Shown here: one piece after another, positions 1 through 8,360 of the stretch | Layout of the letters: every line of letters starts with the position of its first letter | How positions within the stretch are numbered: position 1 is the first letter of the stretch | DNA from: an uncultured bacterium | GTDB taxonomy: Bacteria > RBG-13-66-14 > B26-G2 > WVWN01 | Direction: 5' to 3' | DNA length: 32,906 nucleotides | NCBI GenBank assembly: GCA_964547385.1 | Contig: CAZJNB010000001.1 | Coordinates: 1-32,906, forward strand | Position numbers and translations under genes: made by a program | Notes under the pieces: model-generated | Databases searched by the model: none | Told to the model about the DNA's origin: nothing | Seen by the model: the letters and a program-made list of their open reading frames with translations, nothing else

Positions 1-1397
1 GGAAGCACTTCTGGCCCGGCGTAGCGTGCGCCGCCCTCCTGGCGTTATGCCGGGAGGACCTGGCCCTTCACGCGGTGGCGCTCGCCGCCTACGGCGGCTT
101 CGCCGCCGGCCACAAGCGCGCGGGCCTCGCGGCCGCCGCCCTATTGGCCCTCTACTACCTGGGCGTATGTTCTTATCTCTACCCCCGCCTAACGTACGCG
201 GTCGCCGGCGGCGCGCCCTACTTCAAAAGCTTCTTCGCAGGGGGGGCATACCTCCAACGGCAAACGTTGATGGGCCCGCTCATCATCCCGGCCAAGCTCG
301 CCTATATCGGCACCCTCGTCCTGGCCGCGGCGGCGTTCCTCCCCGCCGCCGGCGGCGCGCTCGTAACGTTGGTAACACCGCTCGCGGTTCCGGCCCTCGC
401 GACAAAAGGCCGCGTCTTCTTCGGCATATGGTGGCACTATCCGCTCACCATCCTCCCGTTTGTCTACGGCGCCGCGGCGCTCGGCGTCCGGCGGCTCGTC
501 CGGCCCGAGATGACGCCCCGGCGGCTCTTCCTGGTCGCCGGCGGCAGCGTCGCCGCGGTCGTGTTTCACCTCTTGCTCATCGCTTACTTCGGCGGCCGTT
601 ATTACCTGCCGACGCTCGCCGCCGCGGTCCGGGGAAGTTACGAGAAAAACTTGGCCGCCGCGGCGGCGCGGGTGCCGGCCAACGCGCCCATATGTGTGGA
701 CGACCGGTTCGCGGCCCACCTCGCGTTCCGTCGCTACATCTACCTCTACGGCTCGTTGCCGCCCGCGGGGCCGAGGCCCACGCCCGCGGCGATGTTGCTC
801 GAGCGTAGACTCTACCGGCCTACGGACCTACCGACGATACTATCGCGAGCCGCACGGTGGAATTTAAGGCCGGCGGAAATCTCCGAAGATTACGTCTATT
901 TCACAGAAGAAGGCGCGCGTTTCTCGGGCGAAGACCTCTTGGCCACGTGGTTCGATAATATCGAAGAATGGGAGTGCCTGGGGCCTACGAAGTTATTAAC
1001 GCGCCGCGGGACGCCCGTCGCGGACGCGCGCGCCCACGACGGCCGCGCCATTCGCTCGGGCGGGACTCTCCGGTACCGGCCGCTGAAAGGCGACGTCTAC
1101 CCGCCGGGCGATTACGTTCTCACGTTTTACTTGCGTGGGGAGGACCGGCAACGCGTAGCCGTAGGCGTTACCCTCAACGCCGCGGCCGGCTTCGCGGCCG
1201 AGCAGGTCTACCGCGTGGAGGGCGAAGTGAACCCGAGCGCATATGCGCCGCTCGAGCTCCGCGTCCGGAGCGAGTGCCCCTTCCGCCTCGCTTTCGACAT
1301 TTCGTCGCCATCGCCTTTTTACTTTGACGCGGCGGCCGTCGCAAGCGACGCGTTCACCCTCGCGGCGTTATCGAAAATCGCGCCGCCGGCAAACTGA
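1..1397 (+). CDS. DUF2079-like polytopic membrane protein, paralog 1 (5' end cut by window edge)
   Basis: The frame of ORF 75..1397 stays open back to nt 3 (KHFWPGVACAALLALCREDLALHAVALAAYGGFAAG). That stretch aligns with the interior of the 1416..3416 product (RKRFWPGIICAVLLALAQDELALHAVALAAYGGFAAG). It has multiple hydrophobic helices and the shared C-terminal domain (EEWEC, ADARAHDGRA, GDVYPPGDY, FYFDAAAVASDAFTL). Confidence 0.7.
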   Translation, partial: KHFWPGVACAALLALCREDLALHAVALAAYGGFAAGHKRAGLAAAALLALYYLGVCSYLYPRLTYAVAGGAPYFKSFFAGGAYLQRQTLMGPLIIPAKLAYIGTLVLAAAAFLPAAGGALVTLVTPLAVPALATKGRVFFGIWWHYPLTILPFVYGAAALGVRRLVRPEMTPRRLFLVAGGSVAAVVFHLLLIAYFGGRYYLPTLAAAVRGSYEKNLAAAAARVPANAPICVDDRFAAHLAFRRYIYLYGSLPPAGPRPTPAAMLLERRLYRPTDLPTILSRAARWNLRPAEISEDYVYFTEEGARFSGEDLLATWFDNIEEWECLGPTKLLTRRGTPVADARAHDGRAIRSGGTLRYRPLKGDVYPPGDYVLTFYLRGEDRQRVAVGVTLNAAAGFAAEQVYRVEGEVNPSAYAPLELRVRSECPFRLAFDISSPSPFYFDAAAVASDAFTLAALSKIAPPAN

Positions 1398-1415
1398 GTA
1401 GGACACGGGAATATA

Positions 1416-3416
1416 ATGGCGACGGACGTTCCGATAAACATTATCGTTAGCCCGGCGTTGTGGGCGCTCGCCGCGGCGGCGGCCGTCGTCGTCGCGTGCC
1501 TCCTCGCGCGCAAAATACGCTTGCGACTACCCGCCGCCGCCACCGCGGTGTGGACGCTGGCGATACTGTATTTCGTCGCGTTCTCGGCGGTAACGCTCGC
1601 GCGCTACTACGGTATGGCGACGCACGGCCTGGACCTCGGCTATTACGGCAACGCGATCTACCAATTCGCCCGCGGCCACCCCTTCGCGACGGCCCTTATC
1701 CCACCGGCGCGGTTTCTCAACCACTTCGCGCCCCTGCTCGCGGTCTTCGCGCCGTTCACGTATATCTTCCCCGAGCCGGCGTATCTCCTCCCCATCCAAA
1801 GCCTGTTCCTGGCCGCCGGCATCCCCCTCCTCTATTACTTGGGCAAACCCGAAGCCGGCCCCCGTTGGCCCGCCGCCGCCCTCGCGGCGAGCTTCGCCCT
1901 CTCGCCCGCGCTCCACGGCGCCAACTTCTACGACTTCCATCCCCGCGCGCTCGCGGTGCCGCTGGTTTTGGCCGCCTTCCTCTTCTTCCACCGGAAACGT
2001 TTTTGGCCGGGCATCATATGCGCCGTTCTCCTCGCGCTCGCCCAGGACGAGCTCGCGCTCCACGCCGTCGCCCTCGCGGCCTACGGCGGCTTCGCCGCCG
2101 GCCGCCGGCGCGCCGGCCTCGTCGTCGCGGCCGCCCTCGCCGTCTACTTCGCCGGCGTCTGTTGTATCTTATACCCGAAGCTTACGTACGCCCGCGGCGC
2201 CGCGGCGGCCCACTACGCCGGTTACTTTACGCCGCTCGCGTACGTGAAAGGTAAGCTCGACCTCGCCGCCGCCCTCTCCGCGAAAACCGGATATTTCGCG
2301 GCGCTCGCGTTGCCGCTCGCCGCGTTCCTCCCGGCCGCGGGCCCGGCCCTCTTCGCGCTCGCGACACCTTTATTAGTCCCGGCCCTTTCGACTACGGCGA
2401 ACGTCTTCCAAATAGGGTGGCAATACCCGCTGAGCGTCCTCCCCTTTATATACGGCGTCGCCGCCCTCGGCCTCCGGCGCCTAAGCCGGGGCGACCCGGG
2501 CCGGCGGCGACGCCTCCTCCTCGCCGCCGCGAGCGTTTTCGCCGTCGCCTTCCAGCTCGCCTTCATCGCACACTTAGCCCCGACGTTCTACCGGCCTAAT
2601 ATCGACCGGGCGTTCCCCACCGCCCACGAGAACGGCCTCGCCGGCGCCGCGGCACGCGTCCCCGCGGACATCGCCCTCTATGCGGAGGACGCCTTCGCGG
2701 CCCGCCTCGCCCACCGCCGCAATATCTACCTCGCGTATTTCCCGCTGAACCACGACGTCCCCGCCGCCGGCGAAGCGCTCATCATCGACCGGCGCCGGAA
2801 CGCCGCGGCGAAACTAAACATCATCCTGAAAGAGGCGGCCTCGCTGGGCTTGGGGCTTAAGGCTTTTTCCGCCGACTACGCATATTTCGAAAAAGGCCCC
2901 GAGCGCCGCTCGCCCCAGGACCTCTTCCGGACGTGGTACGGGACCGTAGAGGAGTGGCAGTGTTCGGCGCCGGCGGGAAAGAAGTTTGTCGCCGACCCGC
3001 GCGCCCACGACGGCCGGGCAATGCTCAGCGCCGGGCGCCTTTCCTCCCGGCCGCGCCCGGGCGACGTCTACCCGCCGGGCGAATACAGGTTCTCCTTTTT
3101 TCTGCGCGCCGCCGCCGACGAGTTCTGCCACGCCCTCATCACCGCGCGCGCCACGGACGCCGACGACGGCCGCCCCGGCAACCTCGTCCGGAAAGACGTC
3201 GACATTATACCGGGCGAGGACTACCGGCCCTATCGCGTCCGCCTAAGCGCCGGCGAACCGTTCCAACTGCAGTTCGATATCTACGCGACATCGGCGTTCT
3301 ACTTCGACGCCGTCGCCGGCGCGAGCGACGCGTTCACCCTCTCCACGTTGCGGGAGATTTCGCCCTACTACCAAACCGCGGGCCGCGCCGGCGATAACGG
3401 CCCGGCCGGGGAATAG
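1416..3416 (+). CDS. DUF2079-like polytopic membrane protein, paralog 2, with about 200-aa C-terminal soluble domain
   Basis: 666-aa ORF. The N-terminal part (about 450 aa) is highly hydrophobic, with the RYYGMATHGLDLGYYGNAIYQF motif typical of the DUF2079 predicted membrane protein family. The C-terminal domain is shared with the two neighbours (WYGTVEEWQC, ADPRAHDGRAM, GDVYPPGEY, FYFDAVAGASDAFTL). Confidence 0.7.
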   Translation: MATDVPINIIVSPALWALAAAAAVVVACLLARKIRLRLPAAATAVWTLAILYFVAFSAVTLARYYGMATHGLDLGYYGNAIYQFARGHPFATALIPPARFLNHFAPLLAVFAPFTYIFPEPAYLLPIQSLFLAAGIPLLYYLGKPEAGPRWPAAALAASFALSPALHGANFYDFHPRALAVPLVLAAFLFFHRKRFWPGIICAVLLALAQDELALHAVALAAYGGFAAGRRRAGLVVAAALAVYFAGVCCILYPKLTYARGAAAAHYAGYFTPLAYVKGKLDLAAALSAKTGYFAALALPLAAFLPAAGPALFALATPLLVPALSTTANVFQIGWQYPLSVLPFIYGVAALGLRRLSRGDPGRRRRLLLAAASVFAVAFQLAFIAHLAPTFYRPNIDRAFPTAHENGLAGAAARVPADIALYAEDAFAARLAHRRNIYLAYFPLNHDVPAAGEALIIDRRRNAAAKLNIILKEAASLGLGLKAFSADYAYFEKGPERRSPQDLFRTWYGTVEEWQCSAPAGKKFVADPRAHDGRAMLSAGRLSSRPRPGDVYPPGEYRFSFFLRAAADEFCHALITARATDADDGRPGNLVRKDVDIIPGEDYRPYRVRLSAGEPFQLQFDIYATSAFYFDAVAGASDAFTLSTLREISPYYQTAGRAGDNGPAGE

Positions 3417-3475
3417 CTCGGCCGTCGCACTTCCCGCCACGGCCGCGCCTAAATATCTAATCCCGAATAAAATAG

Positions 3476-3484
3476 TGTTATAAT
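3476..3484 (+). promoter_or_regulatory. Extended -10 promoter element (TGtTATAAT) upstream of paralog 3
   Basis: TGTTATAAT lies in the AT-rich spacer between paralogs 2 and 3, about 20-30 nt upstream of the TTG 3505 / ATG 3511 start. I saw no good -35 element. Confidence 0.4.
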
Positions 3485-3504
3485 ACGGCGCCGACGGTGG
3501 CGGC

Positions 3505-5547
3505 TTGCAAATGTTCGTTTCCTTACGCGAGATATTACTTCTGGGGGGCATAGCCTTGGCCGGCGCGGCGGCCGTCGCCGCGGCCGCGTCCTTACGGGGA
3601 AGCGTAACGTTTCGTGTTCGTCTGCCTAAACCGGCGGCGGTCGTATGGTTCCTCGCCGGAGCCTATGCCGTAGTATTCACCGCCGCGGCGCTCGGGCGCC
3701 ACTTCGGGATGGCCACCTGGGGCTTGGACCTCGGCTACTACGGCAACGTCATCTATAACTACGGCCGGGGGCACTTCTTCCGCCAAACGCTGGTCCCGTC
3801 CAGCAATTATTTCAACAATCACCTCGAGCCGCTCTTAGCGGTGTTCGGGCCGTTGACGTATATCTTCCGCGAGCCGGCGTACCTGTTAGTCATCCAGACG
3901 GTCTTCATCGCCAGCGGCGTCGTCCTCATCTACGTCCTGGCGCGGCCGCCGGCGGGGAGCCGTTGGCCCGCCGCCGCCCTCGCGGCGAGCTTCGCCCTCT
4001 CGCCCGCGCTCCACGGCGCCACCCTCTACGACTTCCACTCCCGGGCGCTCGCGGTCCCGCTCGTCCTGGCCGCGTTCATCTTCTTTAGCCGCAAGCGCTT
4101 TGGCGCCGGCATAATATGCGCCGTCCACCTGGCGCTCAGCCAGGACGAGCTCGCGCTCCACGCGGTCGCCCTCGCGGCCTACGGCGGCTACCTAAGCGGT
4201 CGGCGCCGGGCCGGCTTCATCGCGGCCGGCGCGCTGGCCGGCTATTTCCTCATCGTATGCTGTATCCTCTATCCGGCGTTGACGTACGCGGGCCCGACTA
4301 AGCCGCCCCTCTTCGCGAGCATCTTCGGCGGCTTCGGATTGCTTTTAATCGCGCCGTTCCGCGACGCCGTCTTCGCCGCGAAAGCCGGTTACGTACTCAC
4401 CCTGCTCGCGCCCGCGGCGTTCTTGCCGGCGGCGGGCGGCGCCCTCGTTACCCTCATCACGCCGCTCGCGATGCCGGCGTTGGCGAGCACGCCCACCGTA
4501 TTCCAACTGGGGTGGCAGTATCCGCTCTCGAGCCTTCCGTTCATCTACGGCGCCGCGGCGTTGGCGGCCCGGCGCATAACAAAGGCCGAGCTCACGCGCC
4601 GGCGCCGTTTCTTCCTCACGTTTGCGAGCGTCGCCGCCGTCGCGTTCCAGGTCATCTTAATCGTCGCCTTCGCCGGGCGCTATTACGCCCGCTACGTCGA
4701 GACCGCGTTCCCCTCCGCCTACAAGAACAGCCTCCACGGCCTAACGAGCCGTATCCCCGACGACATCCCGTTGGCCGCGGACCACGTCTTCACCGCCCAC
4801 CTCGCCCACCGGCCTTACGTCTATATCTACGAATCCGCCTTACAAGTTAAGACGCTCGCCGCCAAGCCCGCGGCGTTGGTCCTGGAACGGCGGCCACACG
4901 CCCTCGCCGAACTTCCCGCGATATTGGACAACGCGAGCCGGTGGGGCCTTAACATCGTCGAATGCACCGGCGACTACGTCTACTTCGGCGAGGGCCCGGC
5001 GGGGCGCAGCGCCGAGGAGCTGTTCCGCGCGTGGTACGGGACCGTCGAGGAGTGGCAGTGCGCAGGCCCGGGGAACAAAATCGTCGCCGACGCGCGCGCC
5101 CACGACGGCCGGGCGATGCTCGTCCCTCGCTTCCTGGGCTTCAACCCGATGCCGGGCGACGTCTACCCGCCGGGGAAATACACGCTCGCCTTCGAGCTCC
5201 GCTTGGCCCGCGCCGGCGACTTCTGCCCGGCGGTCTTCCTGGCCACCGTAACGGACGCGGCCGAGCCGTCGCGGATGCAAACCTTCCGTTGGGACCAAGA
5301 CATCGGCGGCGCCGACTCGTATCGGCCGTATTATCTCCGGCTCGAGAGCGACCGCCCCTTCGTCCTGAACTTCTCGCTCCACACGTTCGCGCCGGTATAC
5401 TTCGACGCCGTATCGGTGAACAGCGCCGACTTCACCCTCGCGACGGTGCGGGACGTTGCCTCCTACTACCGGCTCCCCTACAAGCCCCCCTTCGAGGCGT
5501 TCGTGGCGGAAATGCGAAAGAAGGAGCGGCGGCCGAAAGCCCACTAA
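3505..5547 (+). CDS. DUF2079-like polytopic membrane protein, paralog 3
   Basis: 680-aa ORF, colinear with paralog 2 (RHFGMATWGLDLGYYGNVIYNY; WYGTVEEWQC; ADARAHDGRAM; GDVYPPGKY; VYFDAVSVNSADFTL). The start is TTG 3505 or ATG 3511, with GGTGG upstream. Confidence 0.7.
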   Translation: MQMFVSLREILLLGGIALAGAAAVAAAASLRGSVTFRVRLPKPAAVVWFLAGAYAVVFTAAALGRHFGMATWGLDLGYYGNVIYNYGRGHFFRQTLVPSSNYFNNHLEPLLAVFGPLTYIFREPAYLLVIQTVFIASGVVLIYVLARPPAGSRWPAAALAASFALSPALHGATLYDFHSRALAVPLVLAAFIFFSRKRFGAGIICAVHLALSQDELALHAVALAAYGGYLSGRRRAGFIAAGALAGYFLIVCCILYPALTYAGPTKPPLFASIFGGFGLLLIAPFRDAVFAAKAGYVLTLLAPAAFLPAAGGALVTLITPLAMPALASTPTVFQLGWQYPLSSLPFIYGAAALAARRITKAELTRRRRFFLTFASVAAVAFQVILIVAFAGRYYARYVETAFPSAYKNSLHGLTSRIPDDIPLAADHVFTAHLAHRPYVYIYESALQVKTLAAKPAALVLERRPHALAELPAILDNASRWGLNIVECTGDYVYFGEGPAGRSAEELFRAWYGTVEEWQCAGPGNKIVADARAHDGRAMLVPRFLGFNPMPGDVYPPGKYTLAFELRLARAGDFCPAVFLATVTDAAEPSRMQTFRWDQDIGGADSYRPYYLRLESDRPFVLNFSLHTFAPVYFDAVSVNSADFTLATVRDVASYYRLPYKPPFEAFVAEMRKKERRPKAH

Positions 5548-5551
5548 GCGA

Positions 5552-5574
5552 CCGCCGACGGGCGGCCTTTTTTT
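5552..5574 (+). terminator. Putative intrinsic terminator after paralog 3
   Basis: A short CCGCC-gacg-GGCGG stem is followed by CC and a T7 run, immediately after the stop codon at 5545-5547. Confidence 0.5.
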
Positions 5575-5582
5575 CGCCCCCC

Positions 5583-5601
5583 GCTGACAGGAACTGTCAG
5601 C
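5583..5601. repeat. Perfect 8-bp inverted repeat with 3-nt spacer (GCTGACAG gaa CTGTCAGC)
   Basis: Read directly from the sequence. It lies between the terminator T-run and the next gene. Confidence 0.9.
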
Positions 5602-5763
5602 GCTACCGGCTATACTCGCGGGCACGGAGGAGAACGCGGGCGCGGCGCGGGAAGATAGCGGGCCCGCGCATAACCCTCGCTGGCTCAGATCAAACGTTCC
5701 GGCGTATATACGGCGAAGATACGGTCGCGAACCCTGCGGCTCGTCATATTACTGGCCGGCGTT

Positions 5764-6288
5764 ATGGCCGTGGCGGCGCCGGCGTATGCCGCGAAGGACG
5801 ACCGCTGGCACCGCCACAGCGCCTTCGGCTGGGCCGTCACCGGCTACGGCCGTTACGAGCTCGCCGGTGGTAAGGAGGCCCGGGCGACGGGCGCGCTCTT
5901 CGGCGTCCGCCTGGTGTGCACGCCCATCCGCGAGGACCGGGCGGCCTTCGACTTCGCCGCCGGCCTGGACGCCGGCCGGCTCCGGGGCGACGGCACCTAC
6001 ACCGTCGGAACGGCCTACGCGGACGCGCGGATGTTCTTGTGGTTGTGGCGGCCTTTCTACCTTCAGGGCGGCGCGGGCTTCACGTGGCTGGCCATCGCCG
6101 AGGCGGGCGGCGAGCCGGCCTTTCTCCCGCGTAACGTGGGTATCAGCTACTTCGTGGGCCCGGCGCTCCAGCTCTCGCCGGCGTTCGCCCTCGTGCCGGA
6201 ATGGCGCTGGGACGAGCTCCCCTACGGTTATCCCCCCTATCTCCGCGGCCGCCACCGCTCGTGGCGGATTTTAATCAATTTAAATTAA
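5764..6288 (+). CDS. Putative small outer-membrane beta-barrel protein (start codon uncertain, probably upstream of 5764)
   Basis: Alternating aromatic/glycine beta-strand-like pattern (YGRYELAGG, FDFAAGLDAG, YTVGTAYADARMFLWLW, YLQGGAGFTWLAI, ISYFVGPALQL). The in-frame upstream sequence encodes a signal-peptide-like KIRSRTLRLVILLAGVMAVAAPAYA|AKDD. Confidence 0.5.
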   Translation: MAVAAPAYAAKDDRWHRHSAFGWAVTGYGRYELAGGKEARATGALFGVRLVCTPIREDRAAFDFAAGLDAGRLRGDGTYTVGTAYADARMFLWLWRPFYLQGGAGFTWLAIAEAGGEPAFLPRNVGISYFVGPALQLSPAFALVPEWRWDELPYGYPPYLRGRHRSWRILINLN

Positions 6289-6316
6289 CGCCTGTAAATA
6301 AAATAAGCCGCGCCAA

Positions 6317-6342
6317 GACGGGCCGCCTTTGGGCGGCCCGTC
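6317..6342 (+). terminator. GC-rich 11-bp hairpin (GACGGGCCGCC tttg GGCGGCCCGTC) after the beta-barrel gene
   Basis: Perfect stem read from the sequence. The downstream T-tract is weak (CATTTG), so it may be a terminator or a stabilising hairpin. Confidence 0.55.
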
Positions 6343-6345
6343 CAT

Positions 6346-6373
6346 TTGACAAAAGCCCTAAACCTGTTAAAAT
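6346..6373 (+). promoter_or_regulatory. Sigma70-like promoter (TTGACA - 16 nt - TAAAAT)
   Basis: -35 TTGACA at 6346-6351 and -10 TAAAAT at 6368-6373, about 50 nt upstream of the 6424 start. Confidence 0.55.
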
Positions 6374-6423
6374 TATAAACGGGGCCGGCATTATCGGTCG
6401 GTAATTACCGAGGTCCTCCGGGG

Positions 6424-7095
6424 GTGAGGAGAATGCGAACGGTCGTAGCGTTAGTCCTGGTCGGCGCGGCCGCCGCGGCCGCGGTCCCGCCCGGCCATAC
6501 TTGCGGCGAAGGCGCCACCGCGGTCCGCATCGAAGACGCCGACTTCGCCGCGGCGAACGTCGAACTCTGGCAATGCCCGAGCTGTGGCGCCTATTATTGG
6601 GACGGCGAATGGCACGGCGCGATCGAATACGCGGCCGAGAAGAAACGGCTCCAACGGCTCGCCGCGGGCATCCCCGAGAAATGCCCGAGCTGTGGCGCAC
6701 CCCTCTACGAAACCTACGCCTATACGCTCGAGACCGCCACGGCGACTAAACCTTCGTATATCTGTTACCGATGCTGGACCGTCATCTTCCCGGACGGCCG
6801 TATTATGTCGCCGGAGGACATCAAGGAGTTCGAGGCCGGCCGCCGCGCCGAGGCGGACGAGCAGCGCCTTAGCGCCCTCGTGGAGAAATACGGCTGGCCC
6901 GCGGCCAAGGCCCGGCGCGTCGTCGCCGGCGAAGTTATGGTCGGCGACGGCCCCGCGGAGGTCCGGGAGGCCTGGGGCCCGCCGGCGAAGACCGAGCGCG
7001 CCGTCACACGCGCGGGCGTCGAGGAGAAATGGTATTACCCGGGAGGCCGCGCCGTCGCCTTGGACGACCACGAGGTGACGGCGGTCGAGGAGTAG
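6424..7095 (+). CDS. Secreted hypothetical protein with two CPSCG zinc-knuckle motifs and a BamE/SmpA-like C-terminal segment
   Basis: N-terminal signal peptide (MRTVVALVLVGAAAAAAV). CPSCGAYYW and CPSCGAPLY motifs plus CYRC. C-terminal MVGDGPAEVREAWGPP...KWYYPGG resembles small OmlA/BamE-like folds. Start is GTG 6424 or ATG 6433. Confidence 0.55.
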   Translation: MRRMRTVVALVLVGAAAAAAVPPGHTCGEGATAVRIEDADFAAANVELWQCPSCGAYYWDGEWHGAIEYAAEKKRLQRLAAGIPEKCPSCGAPLYETYAYTLETATATKPSYICYRCWTVIFPDGRIMSPEDIKEFEAGRRAEADEQRLSALVEKYGWPAAKARRVVAGEVMVGDGPAEVREAWGPPAKTERAVTRAGVEEKWYYPGGRAVALDDHEVTAVEE

Positions 7096-7106
7096 CCCGG
7101 GAAAAC

Positions 7107-7131
7107 AGGCCGGCCCTTTTGGGGCCGGCCT
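7107..7131. terminator. Bidirectional intrinsic terminator between convergent genes
   Basis: 10-bp stem AGGCCGGCCC tttt(g) GGGCCGGCCT. It is followed by GATTATTT on the plus strand and by GTTTTCC on the minus strand, so it serves CDS 6424..7095 and the tRNA. Confidence 0.75.
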
Positions 7132-7137
7132 GATTAT

Positions 7138-7211
<74 letters not shown>

Positions 7212-7217
7212 AAAGGA

Positions 7218-7246
7218 AACTACCATAACCGCCGCGGCGTGTCAAG
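7218..7246 (-). promoter_or_regulatory. Putative promoter of tRNA-fMet (TTGACA - 17 nt - TAGTTT)
   Basis: The minus strand reads taaagcccTTGACAcgccgcggcggttatggTAGTTTcctttC(GCGGGG). The -10 ends 5 nt before the mature tRNA 5' end. Confidence 0.45.
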
Positions 7247-7256
7247 GGCTTTACCT

Positions 7257-8360
7257 CTAAGGCCGTTGTTCGTTTATTAACCGGCCGACCGCCGCCGCTA
7301 CGCGCGCGCTCGGCGCCGGCTCGCCGACGAGCTCGAGCCGGGGCGCGCGTTCGGCGCCGCGGGACCGCGCCGCCGCCACCGCGGCCCGGACCTTCTCGCC
7401 GTCCGCATCCACCAAGCGGTTGGCGCCCGCCGCGACCGTCTCGGGCCACTCGGTCCGGTCGCGTAACGTCAGCGTCGGCACGTCGAAGAGGAACGCCTCC
7501 CGCTGAACGCCGCCCGAGTCCGTAATCACCGCGGCCGCGTGCCGGACGAGCGCCAGGCTCGTGTAGTAACTCGCCGGCGCCGCCAGCGTTACGTGGACCG
7601 CGGCGGCGAGCCGGTCCCGAAGCCCCGCGGCGTCGAGGGCCTGCGCCGTCCGCGGGTGGAGCGGGAAATAGGCCGGCGCCGCCAGCCCAACTAACGCCGC
7701 CACGATCGCCGCCAGCCGCTCGGGCACGCCGACGTTCTCCTGGCGGTGGCACGTTACATATATATAACGGCCCGGCGCGAGGCCCAACGGCGTGATGTAT
7801 CGCTCCGCGGCGAGCTCATCGTAAACGGCCGCGGCCACCTCGTACATCACGTCGCCCACGACCTCGACGCCCTCGGTTATCCGTTCGCGGCGCAGGTTCG
7901 CCGCCGCGCCCTCGTGCGGGCACAACCGCGCCGCGGCCAGCTTATCCGTCAATACGCGGTTCCGCTCCTCCGGCATCTCGTCGTAGGAGCGCATCCCGGC
8001 CTCGACGTGCGCCAGCGGCACCCCCGAAAACGACGCCGCCAACGCGCCCGCCAGCGTCGACGTCGTATCGCCGACGACGACCGCGGCCGCGGGCCGCTCT
8101 TTCGCAATAACCTCCGCCAAGCCGCCGGTCATCGCGACGAGCTGGGGCGCCGGCGCCATCGGGCCGACCTCGAGATTATACGCCGGCGCCGGTATCCCCA
8201 ACTCGCCGAAGAACGCCGCGGACATCTCGTAGTCGTAATGCTGGCCGGTATGAACCAAAAGCCAGCTCGCGCCCTCGGGCGCGTGCGCGAGCAGGGCCGC
8301 GGCCTTTATGAACTGCGGCCGCGCGCCGACCACGAGCATCACCCGCGCCTCAGCCGCCAT
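7257..8360 (-). CDS. wecB: UDP-N-acetylglucosamine (or UDP-diNAc-sugar) 2-epimerase, WecB/WbpI family
   Basis: MLVVGARPQFIKAAALL, HTGQHYDYEMS, FFGELGIP..YNLEVG and the family-typical C-terminal half. The preferred start is ATG 8360 (MAAEARVMLVV), which overlaps the upstream stop by 11 nt. The ORF track extends to 8405. Confidence 0.85.
   Translation of the reverse strand: MAAEARVMLVVGARPQFIKAAALLAHAPEGASWLLVHTGQHYDYEMSAAFFGELGIPAPAYNLEVGPMAPAPQLVAMTGGLAEVIAKERPAAAVVVGDTTSTLAGALAASFSGVPLAHVEAGMRSYDEMPEERNRVLTDKLAAARLCPHEGAAANLRRERITEGVEVVGDVMYEVAAAVYDELAAERYITPLGLAPGRYIYVTCHRQENVGVPERLAAIVAALVGLAAPAYFPLHPRTAQALDAAGLRDRLAAAVHVTLAAPASYYTSLALVRHAAAVITDSGGVQREAFLFDVPTLTLRDRTEWPETVAAGANRLVDADGEKVRAAVAAARSRGAERAPRLELVGEPAPSARVAAAVGRLINEQRP

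Noticed and set aside
26-808. 260-aa ORF, and many similar ORFs elsewhere (189..719-, 1460..2254+, 4840..5625-, 4962..5873+), overlapping the DUF2079 paralogs in other frames
   Set aside because: These are extremely Arg/Pro/Gly-rich translations. They are typical off-frame products of high-GC coding DNA, and they are fully nested in better-supported genes.
1-5547. Diversity-generating retroelement or phase-variation explanation for the three paralogs
   Set aside because: There is no reverse transcriptase and no template repeat. Differences are spread over the whole genes rather than confined to adenine-specific sites. I saw no invertible-repeat or homopolymer tracts.
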